Below, piece by piece: positions 10,420 to 29,485 of a stretch of DNA of 64,000 nucleotides. Below the pieces are notes generated by a model, which had not been told where the DNA came from, did not search any database, and worked only from the letters and a program-made list of their open reading frames with translations. The DNA comes from Octopus vulgaris (lineage: Eukaryota): positions 29,574,001-29,638,000 of the forward strand of contig OX597835.1 of the NCBI GenBank assembly GCA_951406725.2, in the 5' to 3' direction. Positions within the stretch are counted from its first letter, which is position 1. The number at the start of each line of letters is the position of its first letter. A program made the position numbers and the translations under genes.

Positions 10420-11100
10420 TTAAGAATATGCACTCTGAAAGTTAGAGGAATATCACTGAGACAAGTGGAGAAGATTAGGTATCTCTGGATCATATTTACG
10501 AGTGATGAATGTCAGGTAAAAAAAAAAGGTTACCTTCTCGAATAATACCGTCTCATAAGGACCAGTTCCCCAGTCACATGGCATATATATTCCCTACCTG
10601 GACGGAACGCTAGTCCGTCGCAGGATTACTAATTTTTGCCAGCTGAGTGGACTGGAGCAACTGAAAATGAAGTGTTTTGGTCAAGAATACAACTCATCAC
10701 CCGATTCCGGAATCGAAACCACAATCTTACGATCAAGAGTTCAACACCCTAACCACTAAGCCACGTTCATAAGTGTTGGACAATGGCCGAAAGAGTACGA
10801 TCATGAATACAAACAGTTGAAACGTGGTACTTCCGAGGGTTTTCTGGTGTAATGTTACTCAACAGGGCGCGTTGTTTGATGATGGTGTCTTTCCACGACG
10901 AGCCACTACTTTTCTGCGTTGAGAGGTCACAACTCTGGTGCTACGAACATAAGATTAGAATTTCGCAGCAAGGAATTGCAAGACGGATTTTTGAAGCCGA
11001 GCCAACCAACAGGAAACCTAAAGGTAGGTCAAGAACAAGATGGTTGGATAATATCAATAGTCTCATGCATAGGAATCCCCGTGCCCACCACCACGATCTT
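10420..11100 (+). pseudogene. RTE-clade LINE remnant interrupted by a SINE (10530-10766-)
   Basis: Translates to LRQVEKIRYLWIIFTSD and ARRIFEAEPTNRKPKGRSRTRWLDNI, typical RTE RT C-terminus. Confidence 0.65.
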
Positions 11101-11894
11101 CGCAAGAATAACGAATGGAGAAAATGCATGGATAACTTGATGGATGGGTGGGTGGAGTCTTTTACATAAAAAATTATCTACATTAATATATTTATCCAAA
11201 TTCATAGCATTGTACTGCTGGATTTAATTTCCTTGAATCATTTTACTCCAGTTATGTCAACTGGCAATAACAAGATATTAGCAAGACTTTTCTATGTGCA
11301 AAAATCTATCAAAACCTCAGGAATACTTGAATGGACAATTCAATAGTGACGAGGTCTACATAGACCGATACATATCCATAGTTGTCTCTTACCTGCAAAC
11401 ATAAATCAGAATATTCCTTCTCTACACCCACAAATTGACTTGAAAAATCGATTGCTTTTAAAATTATCTCCCCTTCTCTTTGAGAGTTGTGGAAAAGTGA
11501 AGCTAGGTATTTGATTCTCTTTCGAAATGAGAGAGTATATTCCAATTAATTATTTTTTGCAAATTTGGTTCAATACATCATTCTTTAATCATCGATAATG
11601 GCATTGGTTTCTTTCTGGGACTTTTCTTGGTTTATTATGTTTTAATTAATAAATTCTTTATAAGAATACTTATTTTGCCTCACTCTAAAACTTAGTTGTC
11701 TTTTGCGATTGGTATTTAGCGCAAGGTGAATACATGTATGTATATGTGTGTGTATATGTATGTATATTTCTTAAGTGAATGTAACAGGAATAGTCTTTGT
11801 AAGAGTTATTCTTCTAATAAGTACATACATACAGATAGATATAAGATATAGATATACATACATACATACATACATACATACATACATACATACA

Positions 11895-12007
<113 letters not shown>

Positions 12008-12161
12008 GGCGCAAAATTATACTGACCTTTGGCTGTTGGCTGATGAGTAATTTGCTACGAATTTTCAGTTTGTTGTGTTCAGTCTAATTCTCCAGCTTTT
12101 GTTAAACCTTTGAAAATTTATTTATGCAGTGTAGCGCAATCTTTATATTTTTTACCGATAT

Positions 12162-12204
<43 letters not shown>

Positions 12205-12210
<6 letters not shown>

Positions 12211-12410
12211 AGATTAACGGTTCATCATGTTGATTCATTAATCTCTACACAATTTTTTACTCCGTTTTTTTCCTCTCATTACTTTCTATCGAAGTGCGTA
12301 GGATTGAAACGTTAAAGACTTTTCCATTCTTCCCGACCGTTAAAATAATACACCTGCTTGTTGTTCCTACACCTGTCTTCGTCATTTTTAAATTTGTAAA
12401 TTTAATATAT
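12205..12410 (+). mobile_element. Penelope-like pLTR fragment with decayed minimal hammerhead (12282-12318)
   Basis: CTTTCTATCGAAGTGCGTAGGATTGAAACGTTAAAG homologous to 545-582; TA-flanked. Confidence 0.6.
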
Positions 12411-13037
12411 ATATGCATATGATTGTTTTTGTTGTTGTTTGTTCCTTCCCGTGCCATGCCTGGCTCATAAAGGGCGCTTTTCCGGTTTCATTGGCGTACA
12501 GGTTCCAAACCTGGACAATCCGTTGCAGGGGAGTTGCCAGATGCAGAAGGAATTGGTGAGAGAAAGTTGTGGCGAAAGTGTCAACAGAAGTTCGCCATTA
12601 CCCTCTGCCAGAGCCGCGTGAAGTTTAAGTGTTTCGCTCATAAACATACACATCGCCCGGTCTAAGATTCGAAACCACGATCCCTCGACCGCGAGTTCGC
12701 TGCGCTAACCATTAGACCATGTGTTAATAATGATGAAAGGAAGAAAATCGAGAATTATGGATGCATAGATAATTTATTAATATGATATAATGAGGTTGAA
12801 AGATGTTTTTATATAATAAGAATAAATGAGTTATAAAGATCAAAAAGTAATGACATATGCCAACTACCTACATATACGTTTCGATTCATGCCTCTGTGTG
12901 AAGAGTATTTGGATAGGACCATATGCTAAGAATTGGTCATCATTTTCGACTTTGTGGGGCAGAATCTCATCAGGGGTTTTTTATGAGCTTATATTACATG
13001 GGTTAACGTATTTCTTGAATAGACGAATTACTAATAT

Positions 13038-13112
<75 letters not shown>

Positions 13113-13115
<3 letters not shown>

Positions 13116-13631
13116 GTGACAGTAAAAAAATCCAATTCTTCACGCTGCACAGATCCGGACGCTCTACAGGTCCAGGTCCTCCCTACCCAAACACTTCAAA
13201 ACATCGTTAATTTTCTTCCGACGATTCTCATGCACCAGCTGAAGAATTTTCACCCCATTCCCGGGGGTGACGCTAGTTGAAGGCCCTACAGATCGCTCAT
13301 CGTTTTCCTGTGAGACGTTCATCCACTCGAAATGATGCGTACGATCCATTGCCTCTTCTCCACACCCCGGCCCCCAAGTTTGCCGAAGCATGATGAGTGT
13401 TTCCGTAGCTGACTTTCCAAGTTTAACGCAAAATTTCAGACTACAACATACACGTGACCACAAAAAAATAATAAACAAAACTTCACAACTTGTGAAGTAG
13501 ACACAGTGATGTCACTTAGCAAACTGCCTCATAAAGGTCTCTGCTAGCTCGTATTGCGCTCACAATCTTGGGCTGCCATCAGTTGGCGCGCTACAGAACT
13601 CGTCTGGAAACGTTTTGATACCACTTCGTAC
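13113..13631 (-). mobile_element. Mariner element fragment (N-terminal HTH of transposase)
   Basis: LKFCVKLGKSATETLIMLRQ...DERSVGPSTS; end TACGAAGTGGTATCAAAACG at 13631. Confidence 0.8.
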
Positions 13632-13814
13632 ATGCATACATATATATATATATATATATATATACATAGATGAGTGTATTTTTACCTTGTTAACAATTAA
13701 CACGGAAAAATAAATAAATAGTTACCAGGGCAGCAAAAATCTCACAAGTAAAGATGTTGTAACTCCTTGTTTATAAAGGTTGAAACTTCGTGTTTACGTT
13801 GAATATTTTGAATA

Positions 13815-13942
13815 ATATGAATAAAAAATGGAGTTAACGCAGGTTTAAACAAGTTTAAATAGTATCAGTGGAATTTTCGAAACATGTGTCGAAAGTAAAG
13901 ATACTTGTTTAAACCTGCGTTAACTCCATTTTTTATTCATAT
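13815..13942. repeat. Perfect 40-bp inverted repeat abutting (TA)n
   Basis: ATATGAATAAAAAATGGAGTTAACGCAGGTTTAAACAAGT (13815-13854) vs 13903-13942. Confidence 0.9.
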
Positions 13943-13964
13943 ATATATATATATATATATATAA

Positions 13965-14028
<64 letters not shown>

Positions 14029-14370
14029 ATACTATTATATGAATGAAGTCGAGTTCTTAGAGTTTCATGTAATCGAAGTGTGTATGAATTTAGTCTTTAA
14101 TGGCAACATGAATCTAATTAAATTAATCCATACGATTGCATGAGTAATACGTGGCTCTCTGTATAATTCTATAATTCTCTATCTCTTCCGCTCTTTCTCA
14201 CGTGCACACACACACATTCTCTCTGTATTTATAGACACGTACATATTGTATATCTGTATACTATATTCATACATACATACATAATGTTTGCATCTATGTA
14301 TATGAATGTATAATCCTATGATTCTCTCTCTCTCTCTCTCTCTCTCTGTTTATATATATATATATATATG

Positions 14371-14419
<49 letters not shown>

Positions 14420-14557
14420 GTATATATATATATATATGTATGTATGTATGTGTGTAAGCATACATATATATGTGTGTGTGTGTGTGTCTGTGTATGTATA
14501 TATGCATATAATTTATATATACATATATATATATATGTATACATATATATATGTATA

Positions 14558-14607
<50 letters not shown>

Positions 14608-14653
14608 TATATGTATGCACATATATATATATATATGAAACCGAAAGGCAGAA

Positions 14654-14709
<56 letters not shown>

Positions 14710-15150
14710 TTTGGATGCTGTGTTTAAGACGCCGGGAGCAAAAAAAAATTTTTTTTTAAGGGGAACAAAGAGCGAAAGAAAAAGAAACGAAACAAAGAAA
14801 AGGAAATAGAAACGACGGATGGTGGAAAAAAGCGCCATCTGGTTTGTGTTTGATTACTTCATGTAGGTTGTTCATGTTAATGCTGTTATTAGTTTTTAAA
14901 TATTCATTTAGCTATTATTAGTACGCATTGTGTTTTGTACGAACAATTTGCAGGTTTGTTTTTATAATTTAGGTTTAGTGACGGTTTTTTGTTTTGTTTT
15001 GTTTTTACTTTGCATTTTACTTTTTGCAGTTTTGATATTTTTTATTTTCCTTTCAGGAAAAGCTACTCATGGGTATTTATACCCATTTTACTTGAAACTG
15101 TATATTTCCAGTGTTTTCTCTCCCCCTCTCTCTCTCTCTCTTTCTCTCTT

Positions 15151-15258
<108 letters not shown>

Positions 15259-15292
15259 TATATACATATATATATATATGTATATATATAAA

Positions 15293-15337
<45 letters not shown>

Positions 15338-15399
15338 GTATATATATATGTGTATATATATATGTGTATATATATATATGTATATATATATACATATAT

Positions 15400-15449
<50 letters not shown>

Positions 15450-16157
15450 GTATATCTGTACATATAAATATATGAATACATATGCGTGTGCCTGCGAGTA
15501 TATGCATGTATTTGTGCGTGTATCTGTATATGAAATTGTATGTATGCATGTGTGTGTATGTGTGTGAACGTGTGCACGTATGCGTGTATGTATGTGTATA
15601 TATGTGTGCGTATGTGTGTATATGTGTGTATGTATGCATGTGTATGTATGTGTAAGTATGTCTATGTATGTGTATGTATATGCATGTATAGGGGTAAATG
15701 TATATATGCGTATGTATGTGTATGTATGTGGATGTATATGTATGTATATGTGTAAGTGTATATATGCGTATGTATAAGTATGTTTATCTTTATGTGTATG
15801 TATGTGTATGTGTGTATGTATGTATGTGTGTATGTGTATGAATGTGCATGTATGTTTATGCGTGCATACATTCACTCATAATGTATACGTACACACATGC
15901 AAGCATGCATACGTACGTACGTACCTGCCTACATACATGTATTTCCTCCACCTACGATCTTTTCTAAATTTATCTCTTATCTGTTGAATAAATAAACTTT
16001 AGATTGCAATGAGGAATATAAAAGCAACAATATGGCGGCGACATCAACATGAGGAGCCAACCAGAGAGACTCTAGGTGGCTATACAACCTTCCAGATATA
16101 GCAGCTTATTCTCCCTCAAGTCACAACTTACAGTTTGAAATAACAGGAAGAACTGAT

Positions 16158-16203
<46 letters not shown>

Positions 16204-16205
16204 GT

Positions 16206-16261
<56 letters not shown>

Positions 16262-16313
16262 TTTATTATTAAAGCTGCAAAAACATCAGAGAAATCTGAT
16301 GTAGCTTCAGTTC

Positions 16314-16445
16314 AGCGCATGGCTCAGTGGTTAGAGCGTCGGGCTCATAATCACGAAGCAGTGAGTTCGATTCCCGGCCCGGGCTATGTGTTGTGTGTTC
16401 TTCAGCAAGACACTTTAATTCACGTTGCTCCACTTCACTCAGTAA
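16314..16445 (+). mobile_element. tRNA-derived SINE head (related copies 10530-10766-, 55445-55760-)
   Basis: GCGCATGGCTCAGTGGTTAGAGCG...GAGTTCGATTCCCGG followed by SINE body. Confidence 0.75.
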
Positions 16446-16554
16446 CTGTATTTTGTGATGTTTTTTGCAGCTTTAATAATTAAGCATAGTACTCTACCTT
16501 GGGTATTCGAGTACTATTTTTCCAACTTGTTTCACACACACACATATGCAGTAT

Positions 16555-16668
<114 letters not shown>

Positions 16669-16699
16669 TAGATGGATGGATGGATGGATAGGTAAATAT

Positions 16700-20939
<4,240 letters not shown>

Positions 20940-20989
20940 TAGATAGATAGATAGATAGATCTATTTTTCAGTCCATCATTCATGGAAGG

Positions 20990-21290
20990 ATCGTTTGGGT
21001 AGAATTCTCGGGCACGCCCTTATATGGTCCTATCAGAAGCAAACTGAGGGTCTGGTATATTATCTAACCAACTCGTTCTTAATCCACTCCTAGGCCCCCT
21101 GCCGGTTGGTTGCACTTGAAAAAACCGTTTTGAGATTCTTTGCTGCAACCTTCTAATCACATGACCGCATTCTAATCACATGACCGCAATACCATAGCTG
21201 TGGTCTCTCAATGCGGTGAATTAGCGGCTCGACCTAGAGAGAGTCCCTGATACCCGATTTATACACCCTGTCGAATAACAATACTCTTGA
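20990..21290 (-). pseudogene. RTE-like LINE 3' remnant
   Basis: Homologous to 10900-11050 (IERPQLWYCGHVIR..QPTGRGPR..WLDN); contains a 19-bp tandem duplication. Confidence 0.5.
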
Positions 21291-24200
21291 GATTTTGTAT
21301 ATATAAATATACAATGATGGTCATGATTGGAATGCTTTTGCTTTTGTAGGTCAGCTCGATCTGAGCCAAATCTTAGCATCGGTTGTCAAGCGATGTTGGG
21401 GGAACAAACACAGATACACAGACATATATGCACACACATACATATATACATACATATATACGACGGGCTTCTTTCAGTTTCCGTCTACCAAATCCGCTCA
21501 CAAGGCTTTGGTCGGCCCGAGGCTATAGTAGAAGACACTTGCCCAAGGTGCCACGTAGTGGGATTTCCAAATCAAATCTTTCAACAGAAGGAGGTGGTGG
21601 TTAACTGACACTACACCCCTTACTATTGGCTGTGATAGAATGTTAGCGTGTTCTCAGTTCGCCATTTTTCCGTACTATACTAATTTATACTTTTCGTGGG
21701 CTGAAAAGGTTCGTCAGTCTGCTAATTACTTCCTTCATACCAACATTCGTGACACCATACTTGGTACTATGATACAAACTTTCTATGTTAAATTAATCTA
21801 AGTTAAAATATTCCATCAAAATTTCATGTTAAATTATGTTCCAGACGCCAGTGACAATACTTTTTCACTAAATTCTTTTCTATTGTCTTCAAAATTGATT
21901 GAGGCAAGCGCAGTGATTTCAAAGAGAAATATGGTAACCAAAAGTTCGAATGAATGAAAAACCAATATCGCCATGGTTGACACTCTATCATAGATAACTT
22001 TACGTGTAAGGTGAAGTGTAATATTTCGAGTTAATAAAATCTTCATCAATTTTATTGTAGTGTTTACAGCGATTAATTATTCACCCTAGTGATGTCCGTA
22101 CACATCTAGGCAAAATACAGTTCATGGACATAATAGTTTTGTGACATAAAAGCCATCATTTTCGCAGCTAATTTTTCACAATATTCGATTTACGTTCTTT
22201 TTACTTAACGTTTTGTTATATTAGTTTTGTTCTGGGTTTTTTTTTTCTACAGAGAAAACGGATAACAATATTCCAGAAATTCTTGTACATAGAACCTAAG
22301 TGATGTGGCAGTGAGGGAAATATTTGGACTCAGCAAGGTGGCAGTATAATACAAAATAACAAAGACTATTCTAGAATACGTTTAAAATTATTTTATCAAA
22401 CATAGTAGGATGGGCTTACATCCAAATATTTTCTTTGCATACAAGAACGAAAACAGATTATTAGATAAAAGAAAACGTTTTTCACTATAAATAATAACTG
22501 TAACACTGAAATACGAAGCAGATCACATTTGTTCTAGATCAGTAGTTGCCAACCCTTGGATTACAACCCAATTTGAGTTATAAAAGTATATCATAATCTA
22601 CAATACTAGGCACCGACAGCTTTACCGTAGAAGTTCCCTGAAGTTATAATGTATTTTAGCAGATTAAATTTACCAATAAACATAATGTGTGAATTACTTA
22701 CTCACAATTATATATTTGATGAGTTGTAGTTTCATCTAGCGCAGTTATGCAGTTCGGCAAAAAAAGATCGATAGAATAAATGCGAGACAGTAAAATACAT
22801 ACTGGGGTCGATTTGTTCGGTTAGACACTTTAAGGCGGTGCTCCAGTATGGCCGCAGGCAAATGACTGAAATAAATAAAATATAAGATTTAAAGCATCAC
22901 TGCTATTATCTCAAACATTATAAAACAATATTTGTTTCGCACTGAACAATGATTGTGCTTCAATGAATTACTTTCAAATTTTGGTACAAGGCCTGCAAGT
23001 TCTGGTTTCATATTTCCTACATTTTCATCTTCTGACTTCAAGAGTTTCACCTCTGGTTTCAATTCATTTTCATTCTGCAACCTTCGCAACGGGAGTAAAA
23101 AAGTAAAAGAAAAACATTAGGACAAACGAATAAAATTTGGAAAGAATGATTCCCAATATTTCAACAATTAAAGTAATAACCACCTACATATCACACCTAA
23201 TGTATACACACAATTGATAGGTCAGTTACAGCAGTACCAGTTACAAAAGAAATATCAGAGAATGAGACAAAAATTTGTCCCAGCAGCGGCCACCGTGAGC
23301 GCCAGGTGTATTTCGGCCACCAATGACGCGTACAGTTTCATGCTCTGACGAGATTTTGTCTTCTTCGATATAGGAAAAAGTGAATAAACGGCCTATAGTT
23401 AATATGTATGCATTAAGTATGATACATAGATGGCTTTTATTTGTAACATCTGGCTCTCTCATTGCCCACTGCTGGGACAAATTTTTGTGTCCGCTTGAAG
23501 TGGGTTGAGAATGTGCGGAGGTAGTAACACTGCTCTAATAAAAATCGTGATGGATGGGTGCAAACTGGCGAAATCAGTCAGTGTGAGAGGACTTGTTTCT
23601 TTTCTTAACTTTTTGCTCAGGGATTGTTGTTAGCATAAAGCAAATGCCATTTTTTCTTATTACTCTTGTCCGATCGGTTAACAGTTGCTTACTTACCGCA
23701 AAGAGTCATGTTTCATTCTATATTGACTTTATACGTTTTCAGAAAACCTTCATACAGAGTTCCTCCTTCTCCCACCTTTTTTTTCTGCCTCTGGCTCTAA
23801 GTACAAGTAGTCTCTGGATTACAACTGGTCTGCACTGCTCAACCATAGGGCAGATGCTGGGCAACATACCTTCACCGTTCCAGCCTCATTTACAACATTA
23901 TTCGATACACCTGTAGTGGACATTTTCACTTAGTGATGAGGTTTGAGTTTTAAAGTTAGCCAGAACTTTTATCGAGACCCCATTTCTAGAATGTCAACTA
24001 AACTGAAGAGCTCTTACTACTCTTAATCTGGGACTATTCTCGTTCTTATTTCCGAGTGTTGGGGAGTATGAATACTAGCCATTTATACGATGTCCATGAG
24101 TCTCATAGAGAACTAGATGTTGTCGGTGGGTCCTATATCCTCATCCGACCAATACTCCGGACGATAGACAGAAGGGGGAACCTACAGAGAAGAAAACATG

Positions 24201-24456
24201 GTGAAAGAAGAGGAAAAGTGTAGAGAGTGAGCAGTTAGACAAATACGTGATAGGGACAATAATAAAAATGGAGTTAGAGAAAGAATGAGGCTTGCTTGTC
24301 TGAACCTTTCCATTACAGTTACATGTGCTGTGCGATAACAAGTCCACCTAGGGTAGAAGAGGCAGAGACTGTGAGAGGCATGTTTAAATACGGGGTCGAA
24401 GTTTGGTGAACGGAAGTAAGTGATCCTCGTGTTTTGTGGATAGCAGATAGGGATAA

Positions 24457-24527
<71 letters not shown>

Positions 24528-24558
24528 CATTATTATTATGATTATTATTATTATTATT

Positions 24559-24849
24559 GAGTGAGAGAGCAGTGCATGCCATCAAAGTGACACTGGGGTA
24601 AAATATACATAGCTATGATTCTCCCCCACTACTTCTGCTCGTGATCAGAGATGCACATATCGTCAGCCACTAAGGGACATGCTCAACTGGTTAAGGTCAA
24701 ACAACTGACAAGCAAATCTGTGGTATTGAGCAGAATATTTGCTGTAGCCCATCTTTTATACAAAGACAAAAGAATGTACATGATAACACTTCCAATCAGT
24801 TAAGATCAGAAGCCATGAGAGCCACTGCCTGGTACTGCATCAGGGCATT
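24559..24849 (-). mobile_element. Non-coding element inserted in (TAA)n (copies 29486-29929, 51164-51711, 57889-58009)
   Basis: All four copies share the end GATGGCATGCACTGCTCTCTCACTC-(AAT)n; three are flanked by (TTA)n on both sides. Confidence 0.85.
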
Positions 24850-24856
24850 TATTATG

Positions 24857-24930
<74 letters not shown>

Positions 24931-24989
24931 CATTATTATCATTATTATCATTATTGTCTCGTTTTCAGTATTTCTCTGCAAGTTTATCC

Positions 24990-26270
24990 TGAGGTGTTCG
25001 CAACATTATAATTATCAGTTTCATCTAACTCTAAGTATTTGCACGAGCGGTACCAACTCATAAGACTATTTTCCCTTCGCTAACTAGAATGGATAGGCAG
25101 TAATAATAAAGTAGGTCGATAACCTAATGATCTTCAAATCCGGATTAGGCACACGTCGTTACGCCCATACAACACATCACAGTCGCTTTCGAAAGGCTTA
25201 ATCCGAAATTTAACAATGGAAACTAATCTGCTATCCACCAACTTTCTGAATAAAACGAACCCAACCTCTGCTTCCCACAAACTTTGTGTTATAACTTAAC
25301 ACCTACATTCGGTATATTTCCAACCGCCAACCAATTGTTATAAAGAAAAGCGCATTTATAAATTCGGTCTCTCCATCTGATGAAGCAACACGTCAAAGGC
25401 AACTTGGACAGTACATGTCCAACCAGTCGCTTGACCGTGGCAACTTCAAATATGCACCAGCACATAGTAAACCTAGTACAAACAACAGGCTCACATTTGG
25501 GAGACAAATGAGATTTGATTTGATCCACTGTTCCCTAACGACGTCATAACCATTTCTAAATCAATGAACACTTCTACAAAGATAAACTTTACAAGTATTT
25601 TAATAAAATCTTTGTAAACGTCACTTATTCCATAGTCCTTTCTTATAAGGAGAATCGTTTCGTTGAATAAAAACAGAATTCTATAGCAAACTACAAAAGA
25701 AAAAAAACAAGATAGGAGATAACTGGGGCAATAGGTTACCGATGCCCCTTCAATAAAATCTAGATAGCTAGTAGCATCGTATATCCGGCCTCCGCATCTA
25801 AAGAAAATAACACTCCTGTATCTTTCAACGGCCTAACAGAAAATACATTTAAGAATAGACATCACCACGTTCTCATTCAAACATTAATGTAATAAAGAAA
25901 ATACTGCTACTCTCTGAAAAAGACAGAAATGAATTCACCGACATGAGAATGGTTTATTTCAGGCAGAGCCACTAAACCCATTAACTGTTAGAACTTGTAT
26001 AAATCATGCTACTAAACTGAAAATCGTCATTCTATAAACCGTGTACTGATACAAATAGAAAAAAGAAAGCCAGAGTTAATTTCGATTTGCCGACACAGCA
26101 TAACAGTTCTATCTATTTTCATAATAGGAGGCAAAACACAGGTGATGTGATATATTAGATAACATGCCCTCAGCTCATTGTTTTCCCTCTCCATATACTA
26201 AGAAAGTCGACTGAAGATTCTTGTCTCCAAATTAGAATATATTAGCGAAAAACTGAAGTACATCAGCAAG
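24990..26270 (+). pseudogene. Degenerate Penelope-like element (RT C-terminus, linker, GIY-YIG) with decayed hammerhead at 3' end
   Basis: Broken-frame reading gives CP..SIVY.A..GLTENTFKNR..SF..NTATL; CTGAAGA...AAACTGAAGTA at 26211-26260. Confidence 0.6.
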
Positions 26271-27305
26271 AATAAGAACTACACATACATGCACACATGC
26301 ACACATGCATACATACACATACACACATGTTCATAGACAAACATAAATACAAACATGCTTAGTGGCATTTCGTCTGCTTTTACGTTCTGAGTTCAAATCC
26401 ACCGAGGTCGACTTCGTCGTTCATCCCTATCGGGGTCGACAAAAGAAGCACTAGTTGAGCATTGGAATTAATGTAATCGACTTCACCCTGTCTCCCCAAA
26501 TTACTGGCATTGTTCCAAAATTTGAAACCAATCTATTAATTTGCTCCAGTTGTTGTTTAAATGATTTTTTCCAGCCGTGACATCTCCATCTTAGGTACAT
26601 TAAGCTCGGAACCACTTTATCCTGTAACTCAATTTTCTTAGACAATGGGGTATATTTGTAATGAGATTCTGCTGTTTTCTCTTTTAGTAGGTCGAGCGAT
26701 CACTAAGAGATTCCTTCGTTGGCCTATTATTGTTATTGCTGTTGTTGTTGTACGAATTTGTTCTTTCGTTGATGTTGTTCTTGTTCATAGAATTGGTCAG
26801 CGAGAATTGTGGTAGTGACAATAATGTGGAAGCTGTTGAAACTGTCTAGTTTTGATGGTGATGATGATGATGAGGAGGAGGAGGAGGAAGAGGAGGAGGA
26901 GGATTGATGTTGATGATGATTGATGGGGATGTCGGTGGTGGTAGTAGTAGCAGTGAGGATGTCAGTGATAGAGATGGTGTCAGCGGTTGGGATGGTGGAG
27001 TGGTTTGCTATGATTATCATAAGCAGTGAGTGCGGTTCTTATCATCACCACTACCATCATCATCACCATCGTCGTCATCATCATCATTATCATCATCATT
27101 TTTATTATTATTATTGTTGTTGTTGTTATTCAGTATTTTTATTTTTATCACGTACTTTCACTGCACTGCCGAACATAGCTCTGTGTGCTTTGGGTATGTG
27201 CTGTGGTTTGTTTTAGTATTGTTATTTTCACTTTATTGAAAGTGCTTTACGTAGGATGTGTGCTGTGCCTCGCAGTGCTATTTTCAGTATGTTATATATT
27301 ATTTG

Positions 27306-27374
<69 letters not shown>

Positions 27375-27391
27375 GTTATTATTATTATTAA

Positions 27392-29425
27392 CAACACAGT
27401 GTAGGTAAAATGCACCGGCGTCTTTAATCATCTGTCACGTCACAACAAGGACCTCAGACAGATAATACTTTCCTTAAAATATGCACTGTGCCCAATAAGG
27501 CTGCTTTTTGCAAGATATCAATCTTGCATGAGATTTCCAGTTGCCTTCAGAAGTTTTGAAGTTTCAGCGGGATTGAGCCCAACGCTCCAATCACGACTGG
27601 TATCACTTTTACATTAACTTCTTGCATTCCATAATCTTGCCATTTCCACTTTCAATTCAGAGTACTTGGTGATTTTTTTCAACCTCTTTACTCACAACAT
27701 TCATGTCATTTGGTATGGCTGCATCAATGATCTGACAGCATTTGTTTCACTTATTCAATATAACAATATCCGGCCGACGGTATTCGATTATAGGATCTGT
27801 TTGAAAATCATAGTCCCAGGGTATCGTTACTTTTCCATCCTCCTGCATAACTTTACTTGGTACATACTCATACCAGTTCTCTGTTACTTCATATTAGCAT
27901 TTACCGCATAAGAGCCAACGAAAATACACACTTTATCGTGGCGGCTTTGTATTCTTTTTGTGCAAGGCTCTCGCATCCACTTCTCTCACATCCCTTACCA
28001 AGTGGATCACATTTTCCACACTCTTTCCCCGGAGTCTGCATTTCTGGGTGTCAGACGTTTTATAGATGTTATACTTCACTGAATTGGTAGCGAGAACCTG
28101 GTCTTCTGCAGCAATGATCAGGCTTTCGGTGGTACGCTTCAAATCACCTCGCTCGAGCCATGCTCACGATGCTGTATTATCCTTAATGTCCTGTGTATTC
28201 ATTTCAAACTGTCCATGCATTCTCATTTCAAGGTCTTCTTTTCTCTTTTCCTCTGCTCTTTGGTTAAACTCTTCCTTGCCCATCATTTCATCTGCATTTA
28301 CAGCGTATTGCAGCAGGTAAGAGTTCTCCTTTCGCTCCTGATATACTAATTAGTCCTCTGCCACCATTCTTTCTTTTCATACACAGTATGTTTACGTTTG
28401 CTTCATCAACTTTCTCATCCTTCTATCCAGTGTTGATATTTCCTCCTTAGTCCATTTGAAGAAGGACTCACTATATCTGACCACCGAAATTGGTATTCAG
28501 GTTGGATTTCAACTCCATCTTCACCCTTTTTCATACGCCTCAATGACATTGACTTTTATTTCTCTGTGTAGAATGTCATCCGGCTCCAAACTCCCTAAAT
28601 ACCTACTGCTGCCGGGTTCACCCATGGTCTTTCCTGGTGATAACCGCAATCCTCTGCTGGCTGCTTTCTTTCCTCTTTGCATATTAAGTACTGAGCATTT
28701 GGTGATCCCAAATTCCATACCGATGTCCCACACTTCTGGATTGTTTTGGTTAAGGAATCTATCTATTTTTCAGATTTTCCACGCAATTTCAGGTTATCCA
28801 TAAAAAGAAGATGGTTCAATAATTGACCTTTCTTCCCACATCGGTAACCCACTTTTACTTTCCTAAGTCTCATTCTTATGAATATTAATGCAATTACAAA
28901 AAGTAACGGAGAAAACGAGTCACATTGGAAGATTCCCCTTTTAATATTAACTTCTCCAAGGAAAACAGCACTTGAGTACAATTTGGTTTTCCACTATTCA
29001 TGCTATGCATCAGAAAATTTGTGATGTTGTCAGCAACACCAAACATCTGAAGGGGTTAAACGATCCAAGAATGAGGCATCATATCATATACCTTCTTAAA
29101 GTCAATCCAAGCCGTAGACATGTTTGTATGAGGTATTTTATAATGCTTCAAAACTGTTTTATTGATGTCCAGGTAATCCGTGGTACCCTGAGAACCCTTC
29201 CCACATCATTTTTGGTCCCTTGGTAGTATTTCTTCCTGTGGCAGGAAAGTGTATGTCTTTGCCACACATATTCCAGTGAATGTCTTCCAGATTATGTTTA
29301 GGCATGCTATGGGACCGTAGTCTCCCACAATATTCCCCTTCCTTCTATCTTTCTTTACAAGTGTTGTCCTCCCAGTTACCATCCACACGGGGACTGTACC
29401 TTTCTGGACACACTCATTCAATTGG
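27392..29425 (-). pseudogene. R4/Dong-like non-LTR retrotransposon remnant (RT + CCHC + REL endonuclease)
   Basis: YGPIACLNIIWK, RGIFQCDSFSPLLF, NHLLFMDNLKL, TESLIIAAEDQVL..KCRL..ENVIHL; (TAA)n at both ends. Confidence 0.85.
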
Positions 29426-29430
29426 GCTGC

Positions 29431-29485
<55 letters not shown>

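Noticed and set aside
23340-23380. CTGACGA motif
   Set aside because: No stem II-GAAA-stem III arrangement
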